DNA of 64,000 bases. It comes from Promethearchaeota archaeon. GTDB taxonomy: Archaea > Asgardarchaeota > Lokiarchaeia > Sigyniarchaeales > SOKP01. Under the pieces are notes generated by a model. The model saw only the letters and a program-made list of their open reading frames with translations, was not told the DNA's origin and searched no databases. A program made the position numbers and the translations under genes. The stretch lies in the NCBI GenBank assembly GCA_016840165.1, contig JAEOSU010000032.1, positions 64,001-128,000 on the forward strand, written 5' to 3'. Positions 49,969-60,868 of this stretch are shown piece after piece (position 1 is the stretch's first letter; each line of letters begins with the position of its first letter).

Positions 49969-50616
49969 ATGAAGAATTTAAAAAAAATCGTTCTGAAAGT
50001 ACCTTTAGATCCAAAATCTAAGGTTTTCTTTGATCTATTAGAGAAATATGAATTACTTCAAATCCACCGACAAGATGATGATCAAATCTTTGTAACCCAA
50101 AAGGTAAAATTTAAGGATTCTCAAATGCATCCGAAAATGTTAGAAAGCGATCGTTATGGGATGTCATATATAGAAGTAATAGAAGAGGATAAGGCGAAAA
50201 ACGAATACATCTTTTTTTCTAAACATAATTGGGTTAAGGAAACAAAAAAACTCCTCGATAAACATGACCTAATTATCGATCCTCCTATTATTCTAGATAA
50301 AAATCGACTTTTAACAAGTATTATTACAGAAAGTAAAAATATTGATCAATTCGTTAATTCTCTAACTAACTTTTATAAAGGCAGATTGGAGATTCTAAGT
50401 ATATCTCATATACCTCTGAACTATGAAAATCTGTTCTTAAAATTAACAGATCGTCAGAAAGAAATAGTATATTATGCTGTTCAACATGGATATTTTGAGA
50501 TACCTCGCAAAATAAAATCAGAGAAAATCGCTGATCATTTTCAAATTACTCAAAGTGCTTTATATGACCATTTAAGGAAAATAGAAAGGACCATTTATCA
50601 CTCAATATTTAATTAA
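49969..50616 (+). CDS. HTH-10 (bacterio-opsin activator-type) regulator
   Basis: LTDRQKEI...A...GYFEIPRK....IA......S....HLRK. Confidence 0.9.
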   Translation: MKNLKKIVLKVPLDPKSKVFFDLLEKYELLQIHRQDDDQIFVTQKVKFKDSQMHPKMLESDRYGMSYIEVIEEDKAKNEYIFFSKHNWVKETKKLLDKHDLIIDPPIILDKNRLLTSIITESKNIDQFVNSLTNFYKGRLEILSISHIPLNYENLFLKLTDRQKEIVYYAVQHGYFEIPRKIKSEKIADHFQITQSALYDHLRKIERTIYHSIFN

Positions 50617-50795
50617 TTATTCTTGAATATGAATCAGATAATTTACAATCAAAAAGTAAACTATTTGGATATATTCATACTTAATTCTTAAACACTTTTG
50701 TTAAAAATATGGTTATGAGATTTTTGATAAATAACTTTTAAATAAAATATAGATTTTTGAAATTATAATAGAATATGATATAAATAGAAATCATT

Positions 50796-51692
50796 ATGAT
50801 GTTTGAAATTTTAAAGAGATATAAGTTATGGCTGATTATATGGATTATATTTATTGTTTTGTTTAATATATTGCTCCTTTTAAATGGGCAGCTTCTAGGA
50901 TCTTTTACTATATATGCTGTCTTAACTCAAAATTTCTGGTTTGATATTGTCTTAATTTTTTCATTCATTCCAATTCTTTCAATACTTGCTTATTTCTTGG
51001 GAGGATATCTTTTTACACCACTCTTGATATTTCTTCATAAAAAGACAATTGGAAGGTCTTTTATTTATGGAATAGAAGAACGTGAGCAACCAAAGTTGTT
51101 TAAGGGAGCCCTTCGTAAATCAGTTTTTCCAGCATTAATGGGTTTTAATATAGCAATTTTATTAAGTGACGAAACTGTGATTCATAATTTCATTTTTACT
51201 CCAACATTCTTATCAGGAGTTCCTCCTGCTGTCTTACAAATTCTTACGATAACGATATTTCTTCCCCTTGTTTCTGCTATTGGAATTGCAGCTTTTTCAG
51301 CTACTTTTTTCTTAATTGATTCCGGTATTAAATATACCAACAAAGAACAAAAGAAAGTAAGAAATGGTTCTTATCCAATTGAGGTTAGATCGATTGGAAC
51401 TTATTACTTATATTTTCTTAAAGGTTATGCCGGTATTTCTGTAATCATTAGTATCATTCAATTAATATCAAATTATATTGCTTCAATTCAAGATGTTGGC
51501 TCCATTATATACATTATCAATCTCATTCTTTGGCCATTAATGCCCTTAGTAATTGCGCTCTTTATGATTCCAGCTGTTATTATTCAGGATGCCACTTTTA
51601 ATAGTCGTAATAAGTTTGTAAGAAAATGGGCAGGAAAAATGAGTATTAGCGGAAAATTGGTAGATCCTCTAGGAAATAAAGAACAAATCTAA
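50796..51692 (+). CDS. Hypothetical multi-pass membrane protein
   Basis: About 6 TM; LIDSGI and LKGYAGIS motifs. Confidence 0.7.
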   Translation: MMFEILKRYKLWLIIWIIFIVLFNILLLLNGQLLGSFTIYAVLTQNFWFDIVLIFSFIPILSILAYFLGGYLFTPLLIFLHKKTIGRSFIYGIEEREQPKLFKGALRKSVFPALMGFNIAILLSDETVIHNFIFTPTFLSGVPPAVLQILTITIFLPLVSAIGIAAFSATFFLIDSGIKYTNKEQKKVRNGSYPIEVRSIGTYYLYFLKGYAGISVIISIIQLISNYIASIQDVGSIIYIINLILWPLMPLVIALFMIPAVIIQDATFNSRNKFVRKWAGKMSISGKLVDPLGNKEQI

Positions 51693-51756
51693 TATTAATT
51701 ATAAAATATTCTTAGACATATTATTACAACAATAAATACGTAAGTAGGATGAAAAA

Positions 51757-52074
51757 ATGATAGCACGGATCTGGCATGGTTGGACTTCATTTGACAATGC
51801 TGATACCTATGAAGCTTTACTTAAAAAAGAGATTTTTCCATCAATTCAAAACCGAAATATAAAAGGATATCGAAAAATAAGTCTTTTAAAACGCCCTTTA
51901 GAAAATGAGGTGGAGTTTATCACAATAATGTTGTTTGATAATCTAAGTGCTATCAAGGAATTTGCAGGAAAGGATTATGAAAAATCTTATGTCCCAGATA
52001 AAGCGCAAAAAATTCTTTTAAGACATGACAAGTTTTCACAACATTATGAAATTATTAATGAATTTAATTACTAA
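51757..52074 (+). CDS. Antibiotic biosynthesis monooxygenase (ABM)-like protein
   Basis: MIARIWHGWT, FAGKDYEKSYVP, HYE. Confidence 0.85.
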   Translation: MIARIWHGWTSFDNADTYEALLKKEIFPSIQNRNIKGYRKISLLKRPLENEVEFITIMLFDNLSAIKEFAGKDYEKSYVPDKAQKILLRHDKFSQHYEIINEFNY

Positions 52075-52078
52075 TTTA

Positions 52079-52444
52079 TTATTTTTTTTTCAAATTTTCT
52101 TTAACTCTAAACTCCACTATATTTCTTATAAGATCATAGGGTATAGGTTTGTTTAAAGGAAATTTAACCGAACCTTTCGCGACTTCATAAGCTGATAATT
52201 CATCTTTGAAGTGTTCAATACCTGAAGGTGTAGGATAAAATCCAATGTGGTTCTTATAAGCCGCAAAATGGACTAAATTTCCATTTAGTCTAAATGTTGG
52301 GATTTGATAGTTAATTGTCTCTTCAGCTTGTGGTGCCGCCTTCTTTATCACATCCCTCAGATTTTCTAAAATTTTTTGGACATTTTCGGGAAATGTGCTG
52401 ATATATTCATCAATAGTTTTAAATTGATTCTTTGTAGATGGCAT
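52079..52444 (-). CDS. DUF1801/YdhG-like protein
   Basis: TIDEYI, ETINYQIPTF, HIGFYPTP, KGSVKFP. Confidence 0.88.
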   Translation of the reverse strand: MPSTKNQFKTIDEYISTFPENVQKILENLRDVIKKAAPQAEETINYQIPTFRLNGNLVHFAAYKNHIGFYPTPSGIEHFKDELSAYEVAKGSVKFPLNKPIPYDLIRNIVEFRVKENLKKK

Positions 52445-52545
52445 GATGAATCATTACCTTTTTAATAATATAATGCTGATTCCTATACTATATAAAATTA
52501 AAAAAGATCGAGAACTTAACTTTAAAAAAAGATTAATTAAAAAAA

Positions 52546-53061
52546 ATGAATTATATAGGCATTATTCTCGGTATTACAGTAATTATTATTGCGTATTTTA
52601 CTCTTTGGCCTCTTATTAAAGGGGCACCCTGGGTTCCAACTCGAATGAAAAAGGTACGTCAAATGCTATCTGTGATTGATATTCAGTCTGATGAAATTAT
52701 TTACGATTTAGGTTGTGGAGATGGACGATTTATAGTAAGTGCAGTACGCAAGTTTAATGCAAAAGCTATAGGTATTGAAATTAATCTTTTGCTTTATCTA
52801 TGGTGTCAGTTATTAATAACATTCTTAGGTTTGCGAAGGAGAGTTAAAATTCGTTATGGCAATTTTTTTAAACTTGATCTGAGTGATGCGGATGTAGTAA
52901 TATGCTATTTATTGCAAGAGACGAATGATAAATTGGAAGATAAACTTTTAAAAGAATTAAAGCCGACTGCCCGTGTAATTTCAAATTCCTTTCTGTTTAA
53001 TAAACTTCCAGTTGTTAATGAAGATGAAGATACTGGAATTTATATTTATAGGGTTAGATGA
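52546..53061 (+). CDS. Membrane-anchored class I SAM methyltransferase
   Basis: N-terminal TM, GAPWVPT, YDLGCGDGR, ADVVICYL. Confidence 0.88.
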   Translation: MNYIGIILGITVIIIAYFTLWPLIKGAPWVPTRMKKVRQMLSVIDIQSDEIIYDLGCGDGRFIVSAVRKFNAKAIGIEINLLLYLWCQLLITFLGLRRRVKIRYGNFFKLDLSDADVVICYLLQETNDKLEDKLLKELKPTARVISNSFLFNKLPVVNEDEDTGIYIYRVR

Positions 53062-53086
53062 GAAAATCAAATAAAATGAATTTTCA

Positions 53087-54499
53087 TTAATGATATTCAA
53101 TTGACACAGTATCAAGACGCTTAACCGCCACTTTCTTTTTTCCCCAAAGAATCTCTGCTTCTTTTACCCAATTCTCAAAATTACTAGGCTTGTCAGGGTA
53201 CTCTTCATAATGCTTTTTTATTTTTCCAGCAAGACCATTTGCCTGTAATAATCGTTTTATATGCTTAAAAGATAATTGTCTGCGGATTAAACCTCCTAAG
53301 ATTTTAAATAGGAATTTTATCATCTCTCCAAATGTCATTTCCTCTTCATATTCTTTATTTGGTTCAGGAATATCCTCCCCTTCACCAGTTTGATAAATCA
53401 AATCTTTCTTTAAAAAGTAATTCCATTCCTTTTCATTAAAGTTTAACACACCTGATAATTGAGTGAAGAGACTTGCGAATTTTGCTCCTTGATTTCTAAA
53501 GTATTTTGTATTTATCTCCCAGAGTACATCTCGACTCAACTCCTTTCCCATGTTTAAATTATCCGAGATTATATCTGAAGCAATCATACATAAAACCCAA
53601 GTTGCAGTTACTCCATGACCTGAAAAGGGATAAGTTATTGCGGCCGCATCTCCGATGCATAAAAGCTTATCTGCTACTAAAGAATAGGGTGGCCTCCGAT
53701 AAGGAGTAGAACCTTGTTCCTTTTTTACCACTTCGTAAGGTGGAAGATCCATTCTATTCAAAAAGTCCTCACGTGCTAATCGAGCATTTTCAAATGAGCC
53801 TGGTTGGCCAACCCCGAGAATGGCACCATTAGGGTCATAGGATGGACCAAACCACAATAACCACCATTGATAGCCTGTATCTGGGGTTGGATGAGGCTCA
53901 TCTGGATTCTCCCATTTAACATATTGTAACAGTACATACATGACGTCATTAGGACCTAACTCAAATGTTTCTATTCCATAGCTTTCGGGAATAGAAGTTC
54001 GAATGACTGCTTTTTTTCCTGAAGCATCTATAATGAGTTTTGCTCGAATTTCGATAGATTCTTCGTCCTTTTCCGTAATTACACCAGAAATTTGTCCATT
54101 ATCAAATATCAACTTTTTAAATTCGCATGAAAACCATAATTCAGCTCCCTCTGATTCAAGAAGCTTATACATACGATATAAGAATGGAGTTAACCTTACA
54201 ATCGTTTGAAGTGCTCTAATTTTAATATTTGTTTTAAGATCAGGTGTAACTACTGTAGAATGCTCTCTAATTTCGATACAATCGGGACTACCTACTTGAA
54301 AAGGTGGAATACCCGCTTTTTCAACTCTATCGGATTCAAAGTGAATAACATCTAATCTCTTTCCTACTTGTTCTCTTTTATCTTTTTCAATAATGATGAC
54401 GGACAATCCTTTTTTTGCAAGAAGCCATCCCATGTAAGAACCAGCAGTTCCAGCGCCTACAATGAGTATATCACACTTTTCTGTCACTTTTTCTTTCAC
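53087..54499 (-). CDS. Geranylgeranyl reductase-family FAD oxidoreductase
   Basis: VGAGTAG, IIDASG, IGDAA..YPFSGHG. Confidence 0.85.
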   Translation of the reverse strand: MKEKVTEKCDILIVGAGTAGSYMGWLLAKKGLSVIIIEKDKREQVGKRLDVIHFESDRVEKAGIPPFQVGSPDCIEIREHSTVVTPDLKTNIKIRALQTIVRLTPFLYRMYKLLESEGAELWFSCEFKKLIFDNGQISGVITEKDEESIEIRAKLIIDASGKKAVIRTSIPESYGIETFELGPNDVMYVLLQYVKWENPDEPHPTPDTGYQWWLLWFGPSYDPNGAILGVGQPGSFENARLAREDFLNRMDLPPYEVVKKEQGSTPYRRPPYSLVADKLLCIGDAAAITYPFSGHGVTATWVLCMIASDIISDNLNMGKELSRDVLWEINTKYFRNQGAKFASLFTQLSGVLNFNEKEWNYFLKKDLIYQTGEGEDIPEPNKEYEEEMTFGEMIKFLFKILGGLIRRQLSFKHIKRLLQANGLAGKIKKHYEEYPDKPSNFENWVKEAEILWGKKKVAVKRLDTVSIEYH

Positions 54500-54657
54500 T
54501 CCTAACTTTTTTTCATTCTATTTTTAATTATATATAAGTGTTAATACAACTTATAGTTAAAGACTTCTCATCCATTCAAATTATTAAAAATCACTTTGTA
54601 ATTTATGGAATGAGCTAACAAGTATTTCTCTTCAGATAATTAAAAGATTTATGCTTG

Positions 54658-54855
54658 TTATCTTAGATCTAAAATGCCAAAATGATATTCACGTGAGTAT
54701 TGGTTGCATCTTAAACAATAATATATAGGAGGTTTATTCTTAGGGGTATGTAAGACTCTTTCCATTTTTCCACCGCATATCGGACAGAATTTTTCGTGTT
54801 CTTTCTTTTCTGAAGTAATAAACCAATTTGGTTTTATTCTGGTTTTAGCTTCCAT
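54658..54855 (-). CDS. Small zinc-ribbon protein
   Basis: CPICG and CLRC knuckles. Confidence 0.6.
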   Translation of the reverse strand: MEAKTRIKPNWFITSEKKEHEKFCPICGGKMERVLHTPKNKPPIYYCLRCNQYSREYHFGILDLR

Positions 54856-54978
54856 AATTATGAATTATGAAAAATGATAAAAGAATGTTTGCATTTGATC
54901 AGAAGAATGATCAGGATCAGTAATATAGATTTATAAATAATAATTAGAGTCCTTGTAAACAGTTTTTATAATTAATCT

Positions 54979-56232
54979 TTATTTTATGATTTGATTAATG
55001 ATTGCCACCGCTTGATCAACCCCATTTTCTTCTTGGATTTTTTTTCCAAGAACACTTGCTTGTTCTTGCATTTCTTGATCCGTGCTCACTTTTTCGATCG
55101 CTTTCACAAGTCGATTAATGGTTAAATTTTTACGTGGAATTGGAGCAGGTCCAACATTCAATTTATTTACAAGATGCCCCCAGAAAGGTTGATCCCCATG
55201 GTATGGAATAATAATAGATGGAATTCCTGCCCTAAGACCAGCAGCTGTAGTTCCCGCACCACCATGGTGAATTACAGCCTTAACTTTTGAGAATAACCAA
55301 GCGTGGGGAACTAAATCCACTATTATGATGGAATCTGGTAAGTTTTGCCCCGATAATCCTCCCCAACCCGAATATATTACTGCACGTTCATTAGTTTTTT
55401 CCAAGGTTTTAATGATTAAATCAGTAAATTCTTCTGGTTTTTGGCTACTCATACTCCCAAATCCAATGTATAATGGGGAAGGTTCCGTTTGAAGAAATTT
55501 TTCTAAATCCTGAGGAGGAGTCCAATTTTCTGGGGGATCTACAAACCAAAAACCAGTGAGATGAATATTATCAGACCAATCCTCTGGTCGAGTAAAAACT
55601 GATGGACTTATGCCGTAGATAATAGGATCGTTTTTCAGTGATTCAGATTTAAATGGCCCAAAAAAGGGAGATTTTTTTAATTTAAGTATATCTTCTCTCA
55701 CTATTTTATCTGTTGGTCTATAAGCCTGCCATACCATTTGCTGAGTAAGACGATGTGAAAACCGATATCCAAGCCAAGAGGGAAATTTAGGAAAAAGAGC
55801 TCCAGAAAATAATTTGGTTGGAGTAAAAGGGATATTATAGGCTTGAACAAAGGGAATATTTAACTTTTCTGAGACTGAATGAGCTGTGAATAGACCGCTT
55901 ATTCCTGCCATTATCATATCCACTCCTTGGCAAGCATCTAAACTTCTTTCTACTAATAACGCCGCGTTTTTTTTGAGTTCCTCTCCCATTCGAGCCATAG
56001 ATCTTAGAAGCTTACCGCTCTCTAACGCTTCGCGCATTTTCTCAGTTCTAATAATATCTTCCATACTAACTTCAATTGGCCAAAATTCTAACCCGTGCAA
56101 TTTAACTTGTTCTTCATAATTTTGGTTAGATACTAATCGTACTTTTTTTCCATCATTTAATAAGCCTTTTCCAAGGGCGAGGAAAGGTTGAACATCTCCT
56201 TGGCTTCCCGGAGCAATTATCGTTATTTGCAT
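54979..56232 (-). CDS. GT-B glycosyltransferase, sterol 3-beta-glucosyltransferase-like
   Basis: GSQGDVQP, YIGFGSM, VPHAWLF, HHGGAGTT, GDQPFW. Confidence 0.9.
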   Translation of the reverse strand: MQITIIAPGSQGDVQPFLALGKGLLNDGKKVRLVSNQNYEEQVKLHGLEFWPIEVSMEDIIRTEKMREALESGKLLRSMARMGEELKKNAALLVERSLDACQGVDMIMAGISGLFTAHSVSEKLNIPFVQAYNIPFTPTKLFSGALFPKFPSWLGYRFSHRLTQQMVWQAYRPTDKIVREDILKLKKSPFFGPFKSESLKNDPIIYGISPSVFTRPEDWSDNIHLTGFWFVDPPENWTPPQDLEKFLQTEPSPLYIGFGSMSSQKPEEFTDLIIKTLEKTNERAVIYSGWGGLSGQNLPDSIIIVDLVPHAWLFSKVKAVIHHGGAGTTAAGLRAGIPSIIIPYHGDQPFWGHLVNKLNVGPAPIPRKNLTINRLVKAIEKVSTDQEMQEQASVLGKKIQEENGVDQAVAIINQIIK

Positions 56233-56423
56233 AATAATACCATATTAATAATTGTATACTTAAAAATTAATCTCGCTTGCTTATTAAAATAATTCAGCTG
56301 GATGCGAAATTACTTCATAGAATATCAAAAACCATTAGATTTAATTACTTTTTCATCTTAAATCTAGATTTGTACAAAATTGTATATTCAATTAATTCGA
56401 AATCCTACAAGGTGAAGAAAAAT

Positions 56424-56747
56424 ATGCCATATATAGTTGTGACAACCTGGTCTCCCCTCACTAAAGGGAAAGAAATTATAGATATCTATGCTCAGATTAG
56501 AAAAAAATTCCCTGTGGATAAAAATTTAACTAAGGAACTTATTCAAGGAATACTCAAGGTGGAAGGAGATAAATCAAAAAGTATATCCATAAGCAAGGTG
56601 AAAGAAGGAATGATGGATAAAGCACTACTCCGACAGCAAGAAGCGATGGCCCCATTTCATGATGTCGAGGGATTTAAATATTCTATTGATGTGTATTTTG
56701 ATTTTCCTGAAACATTTACCATGATTGGAAAGCAAGCACCCGATTAA
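56424..56747 (+). CDS. Small hypothetical protein (start moved to ATG 56424)
   Basis: AAGGTGA RBS just upstream of MPYIVVTTWSP; upstream part of ORF-track call looks non-coding. Confidence 0.7.
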   Translation: MPYIVVTTWSPLTKGKEIIDIYAQIRKKFPVDKNLTKELIQGILKVEGDKSKSISISKVKEGMMDKALLRQQEAMAPFHDVEGFKYSIDVYFDFPETFTMIGKQAPD

Positions 56748-56782
56748 ATCAAGAAAATATGTTACCAACTATTTAATTTTAA

Positions 56783-56798
56783 TTTTTTTTTTTTTTTT
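56783..56798 (+). terminator. Oligo-T tract, probable terminator
   Basis: 16 T between convergent genes. Confidence 0.5.
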
Positions 56799-56829
56799 AT
56801 TATGCTATTCTACAAACATATTCCTAAAT

Positions 56830-57651
56830 TTACTTACCAATAAAAATTGGTTCTCTTTTTTCTTTTAATGCTTTTAAAGATTCATTGAAGTCCTTACTAC
56901 GTATTGCTTTACTCCAAACTTTATTTTCCAAATCTAATTGAGTTTCAATAATCTCCCGAAAGTATGAGTGCATCGTCTTTTTCATTAACTTAATCGATAG
57001 GGCTGGTCCTTGAGGAGGAATAAGTCTTAGCGCTTGCTTTCGAGCATAGGACATTAATTCACCTTCGGGAAGTACTTTATTTACAAGACCTAGTTTTTCT
57101 GCATCTTGAGCTGTCATTCGATCTCCAAAATAGAAGAGTTCTTTAGCTTTATTGATACCAATCATGTATGGTAAAAGAATAGTAGTCGCGAAATCGGGCA
57201 TAACTGCTCTTTTTACAAAGTACAATGCCCACCATGCATCTTCTGCCATATAAACTAAATCTGAACAGATTACTGGAAGGGTAAAGCCCCCTCCTACAGC
57301 AAAACCATTGATTACGGAGATTACAGGTTTGGGAAAATCCCAAAACTTTAGACATAATCTTTTTGATGCCATATCTCTTAAATTAATTTCTACGCGAAAA
57401 TTCTTTGGTATATTTTTTACCATATCTTCCAAGAAATAACCTCCCGAAGAAAATGCTCCTGCTTCTTTTGAACCAGTAAGAATCACAACGCCGATTGTGT
57501 TATCTTTTTCTGCATGATCTATGGCATACCAAAGTTCTAATAATCCTAATGGGGAAAGTGCATTTTTTTTTTCAGGCCAGTTGAGAGTAATGGTTAATAT
57601 TCCATTTTCCTCTTTTTCATATTTAATTTGCCTAAAATCTTTTATCAACAT
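56830..57651 (-). CDS. Enoyl-CoA hydratase/isomerase (crotonase) family
   Basis: KKNAL, AFSSGG, PKPVISVINGFAVGGG, AEKLGLVN, EKREPIFIG. Confidence 0.9.
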   Translation of the reverse strand: MLIKDFRQIKYEKEENGILTITLNWPEKKNALSPLGLLELWYAIDHAEKDNTIGVVILTGSKEAGAFSSGGYFLEDMVKNIPKNFRVEINLRDMASKRLCLKFWDFPKPVISVINGFAVGGGFTLPVICSDLVYMAEDAWWALYFVKRAVMPDFATTILLPYMIGINKAKELFYFGDRMTAQDAEKLGLVNKVLPEGELMSYARKQALRLIPPQGPALSIKLMKKTMHSYFREIIETQLDLENKVWSKAIRSKDFNESLKALKEKREPIFIGK

Positions 57652-57739
57652 TAATTCAAGAAATCAGTGAAAAAATAATTATTTTTTTAATTCTTTTTAA
57701 TGAGATATAAGAAAAAATAGGAGTATAAAAAAGTTAAAG

Positions 57740-58933
57740 CTACTTTTGGTAGGCATTCCACTTTTCTTCTAAATTAGGGTCGATAAGTGTGTCCATAATA
57801 TACTTTGCGTATTTTTCTCCTGTAGCACCCGTATCTCTTCCCGTCATCTTTAACTTCCTTTCATAAGTAGCACAGATATCTAATGCCATTTCAAGCTTCT
57901 TAGCTTTTTTCACGAAACCAATATGATTGATAAGAAGAGCGGCGGCTTTTATGATGCTTGAAGGGTCTGCATATTGAATTCGTCCCGTTTCTACCATTCT
58001 GGGGGCTGTTCCATGGATTGCCTCGAACATTGAATATCGCTTGCCAATGTTTGCACTACCGGCAGTCCCAACACCTCCCTGTATCTGAGCGGCTTCATCG
58101 GTGACAATATCTCCATATAAGTTCGGTGCAACGATTACCTTAAAGTCTCTTTGACGCGCAGGGTCAACTAGCTTAGCTGTCATGATGTCGATGTACCAAT
58201 CATCCCAATTAACTTCAGGATACTCTTTCGCAATTTTCTCCGCCATTGCAAGGAATTTCCCGTCAGTTCTCTTTACAACATTTGCTTTAGTTACCACTGA
58301 TACTCGATTGATATCATTTTTCTTAGCATAATCAAACGCAAGCCGAATAATTCTATCCGAACCTTGAGTAGTAATTACTTTAAAGTCAATGGCCAAGTCA
58401 TCGGTTACATCAATTCCTTTAGATCCTAAGACGTATGCTCCTTCTGTATTCTCCCTAAAAAACATCCAGTCAATGCCTAATTCTGGAACTTTTACTGGTC
58501 GAACATTTGCAAAAAGATCTAACTCCCTTCGCATCGTAACATTCGCACTTTCGATATTAGGCCAACCATCACCCTTTCTGGGCGTATGTGTGGGTCCCTT
58601 CAAAATGACATGACATTCTTTTAGTTGTTTTAAAACGTCATCTGGGATTGCTTTCATTTCCTTTGCTCTATTCTCAATTGTTAAACCTTCAATATCCCGT
58701 ATTTCTACTTTTGCACTATCAATCTCTTCTTTCAACAGAAACTCCATGATGTGACGAGCATGTCTAGTTATTTCAGGACCAATTCCATCTCCACCAGCAA
58801 CACCTACAATTATTTTATCTATTTTAGAATAGTCTATCCAATCTCCAGCACTTTTTAGTGCCTCCACTCGTTCTAACTGTTCTTTTACAAGTTGTTCAAA
58901 ATGGGTTTTTGCTTTTTCAATAATATCATTCAT
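57740..58933 (-). CDS. Isocitrate/isopropylmalate dehydrogenase family, probably isocitrate dehydrogenase
   Basis: GDGIGPEI, SANVTMRRELDLFANVRP, RENTEG.Y, NLYGDI, FEAIHGTAP; follows ACL genes. Confidence 0.85.
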   Translation of the reverse strand: MNDIIEKAKTHFEQLVKEQLERVEALKSAGDWIDYSKIDKIIVGVAGGDGIGPEITRHARHIMEFLLKEEIDSAKVEIRDIEGLTIENRAKEMKAIPDDVLKQLKECHVILKGPTHTPRKGDGWPNIESANVTMRRELDLFANVRPVKVPELGIDWMFFRENTEGAYVLGSKGIDVTDDLAIDFKVITTQGSDRIIRLAFDYAKKNDINRVSVVTKANVVKRTDGKFLAMAEKIAKEYPEVNWDDWYIDIMTAKLVDPARQRDFKVIVAPNLYGDIVTDEAAQIQGGVGTAGSANIGKRYSMFEAIHGTAPRMVETGRIQYADPSSIIKAAALLINHIGFVKKAKKLEMALDICATYERKLKMTGRDTGATGEKYAKYIMDTLIDPNLEEKWNAYQK

Positions 58934-59014
58934 TCTAAATTGCCTTTTTATTTTGATATATTTTTTTTCTAATTTTGTATAGTATATTATTTTTGACTTT
59001 ATAAAAAAAAGATT

Positions 59015-60859
59015 TTACTTTGTAAATAAAATCTCATCATATGGTTGCCTATACAACCTTGATCGTTGGCGCTTTTGGTCAAAAATATGTCCCATCATTC
59101 CAATGGAACGACCAAGGACAAAAAGACCATTTAAAGCTTCACTTTCTATAACATCTTCAATTTCTTCTCGTGAAAAATCTAAGTTTTCCAGTAAATCCAA
59201 AAATGTAATTCCTATGCACCCATCTACGTTTAGAATTAGATTATTACGTTTCGCAGTCGTGATCTCTTCAACTTTTAAAGCATAATCTAAATAAGGATGC
59301 TTTGGAAAGTTATTAAGTACAAATTCCTTGAGCAGTTGTACCCGCATGTCAGGATTTTGGACAGATTTAATTCTATGCCCTATTCCAGGAATATTGATCT
59401 GAACCACATTTTTCATATAATTAACAAACTCTAAAGGTGTCAATTCTTTTTGTAATGCTTCTCTAATATATTTAGCTGCGTCTGAAATCGCGCCCCCAAA
59501 TCTCGGGCCAATTGTTAGAATCCCACTGGCTAATGCTGACATAAGATCCTTTCCTGCACGTGCGGTGATAATTGCATTATGTGCACCAGAGACTGCTGGA
59601 CCGTGGTCTGCAGTAAGTTTAATGACCATTTCTATATATTTTTGGGCAAATTCTGGTAATTCCTTTTTGAACCAGAGTAGTCCAATAACATATCCAATTG
59701 ATTTTTCCTGTTTTATTATTTCATCGAGAGGAACTTGATTGAAGGTTACTATTTCCCCTCTATCATCTGAAATTGTGGTCACTACATCGGAAGATCTTCG
59801 AACTAATCCTAATCTTTGAGCATCCTTGTAATCTAATGGTACCTTAGGGGGTTCAAATTCATCCACTGGACTTATTTTACCCTCTGCTTTCAGTTTTTCA
59901 AAAGTTTCTCTTATGGCTTTATCCAGATTTTCATAGGAGTCAGGAACTATGGCCCCTGCTTTTCTTAAAGCATTATTTTTCGCTTCTGCGGTTTCAATAT
60001 CACTGCCTGCCATCGCTCCTGCATGGCCAAACTGCAAACCCGAAGGTAATATTTTGGCTGCAGTACCTGCGACCCAGATCACGATCGGTTTTGTAATTTT
60101 TCCCTCTTTCAGCGCATCGACAATTGCATATTCATCTTTCCCCCCGATCTCTCCTAATGCAACGATGATTTTTATGTGAGGATTCGCTTGATATCTCATC
60201 ACATGATCAATTAATCGAGAACCAGGGTATCTATCTCCACCAATAGCAATTCCTTCATAGATACCATCAGAAGTTTGAGAGATCATGAAATTCATCTCAT
60301 TTGACAATCCTCCTGACTTCGATACAAATCCAACTGATCCCGGTCGATATAATTTTGATAAGATAATATTTTCAATCGTACCTGCTGTATTTGCAATCTT
60401 AAATGCACCCGCTTTTATACCTCCCACAGTTGCTGGGCCGATAATTTTTTTTCCCCTTTCATTTGCTAGTTTAATTAATTCTCGACTTTGTCTTTCTGGT
60501 ACTCCTTCCGCTATTATAACGATAGTTTTTAACGTGTCTGATTCTATGGCTTCTTTGCTTGTAGGAAAGGCTGATCGAAATGAGGAGAAATTGATTAGTA
60601 CAGTAGCATTAGAATGCTTTTTTATCGCTAATTCGAGTGTTTTATAAATTGGAATTACAATTTCCTCCGCACCCCAAAATACTTTATGATAAGCAATTGC
60701 TGCATCTTGGGTAGGTCGAATCACTGCGGCAACAGATGGGGTTTCTCTTCGACATACATAATCAAAATCTAGCATTCGTTGGATTGCATTGGTTTGAAAC
60801 CCATAAATTATTGCTTGTGTATTTCTATCAAATAAATCATACTCTTCCATCATATTCAC
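59015..60859 (-). CDS. aclA: ATP-citrate lyase alpha subunit
   Basis: QRMLDFDY, GPATVGGIK, SKSGGLSNE, QFGHAGA phospho-His, ADHGPAVSGAHN, GIGHRIKS, LILNVDG. Confidence 0.95.
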   Translation of the reverse strand: MNMMEEYDLFDRNTQAIIYGFQTNAIQRMLDFDYVCRRETPSVAAVIRPTQDAAIAYHKVFWGAEEIVIPIYKTLELAIKKHSNATVLINFSSFRSAFPTSKEAIESDTLKTIVIIAEGVPERQSRELIKLANERGKKIIGPATVGGIKAGAFKIANTAGTIENIILSKLYRPGSVGFVSKSGGLSNEMNFMISQTSDGIYEGIAIGGDRYPGSRLIDHVMRYQANPHIKIIVALGEIGGKDEYAIVDALKEGKITKPIVIWVAGTAAKILPSGLQFGHAGAMAGSDIETAEAKNNALRKAGAIVPDSYENLDKAIRETFEKLKAEGKISPVDEFEPPKVPLDYKDAQRLGLVRRSSDVVTTISDDRGEIVTFNQVPLDEIIKQEKSIGYVIGLLWFKKELPEFAQKYIEMVIKLTADHGPAVSGAHNAIITARAGKDLMSALASGILTIGPRFGGAISDAAKYIREALQKELTPLEFVNYMKNVVQINIPGIGHRIKSVQNPDMRVQLLKEFVLNNFPKHPYLDYALKVEEITTAKRNNLILNVDGCIGITFLDLLENLDFSREEIEDVIESEALNGLFVLGRSIGMMGHIFDQKRQRSRLYRQPYDEILFTK

Positions 60860-60868
60860 CTCTTCTAA

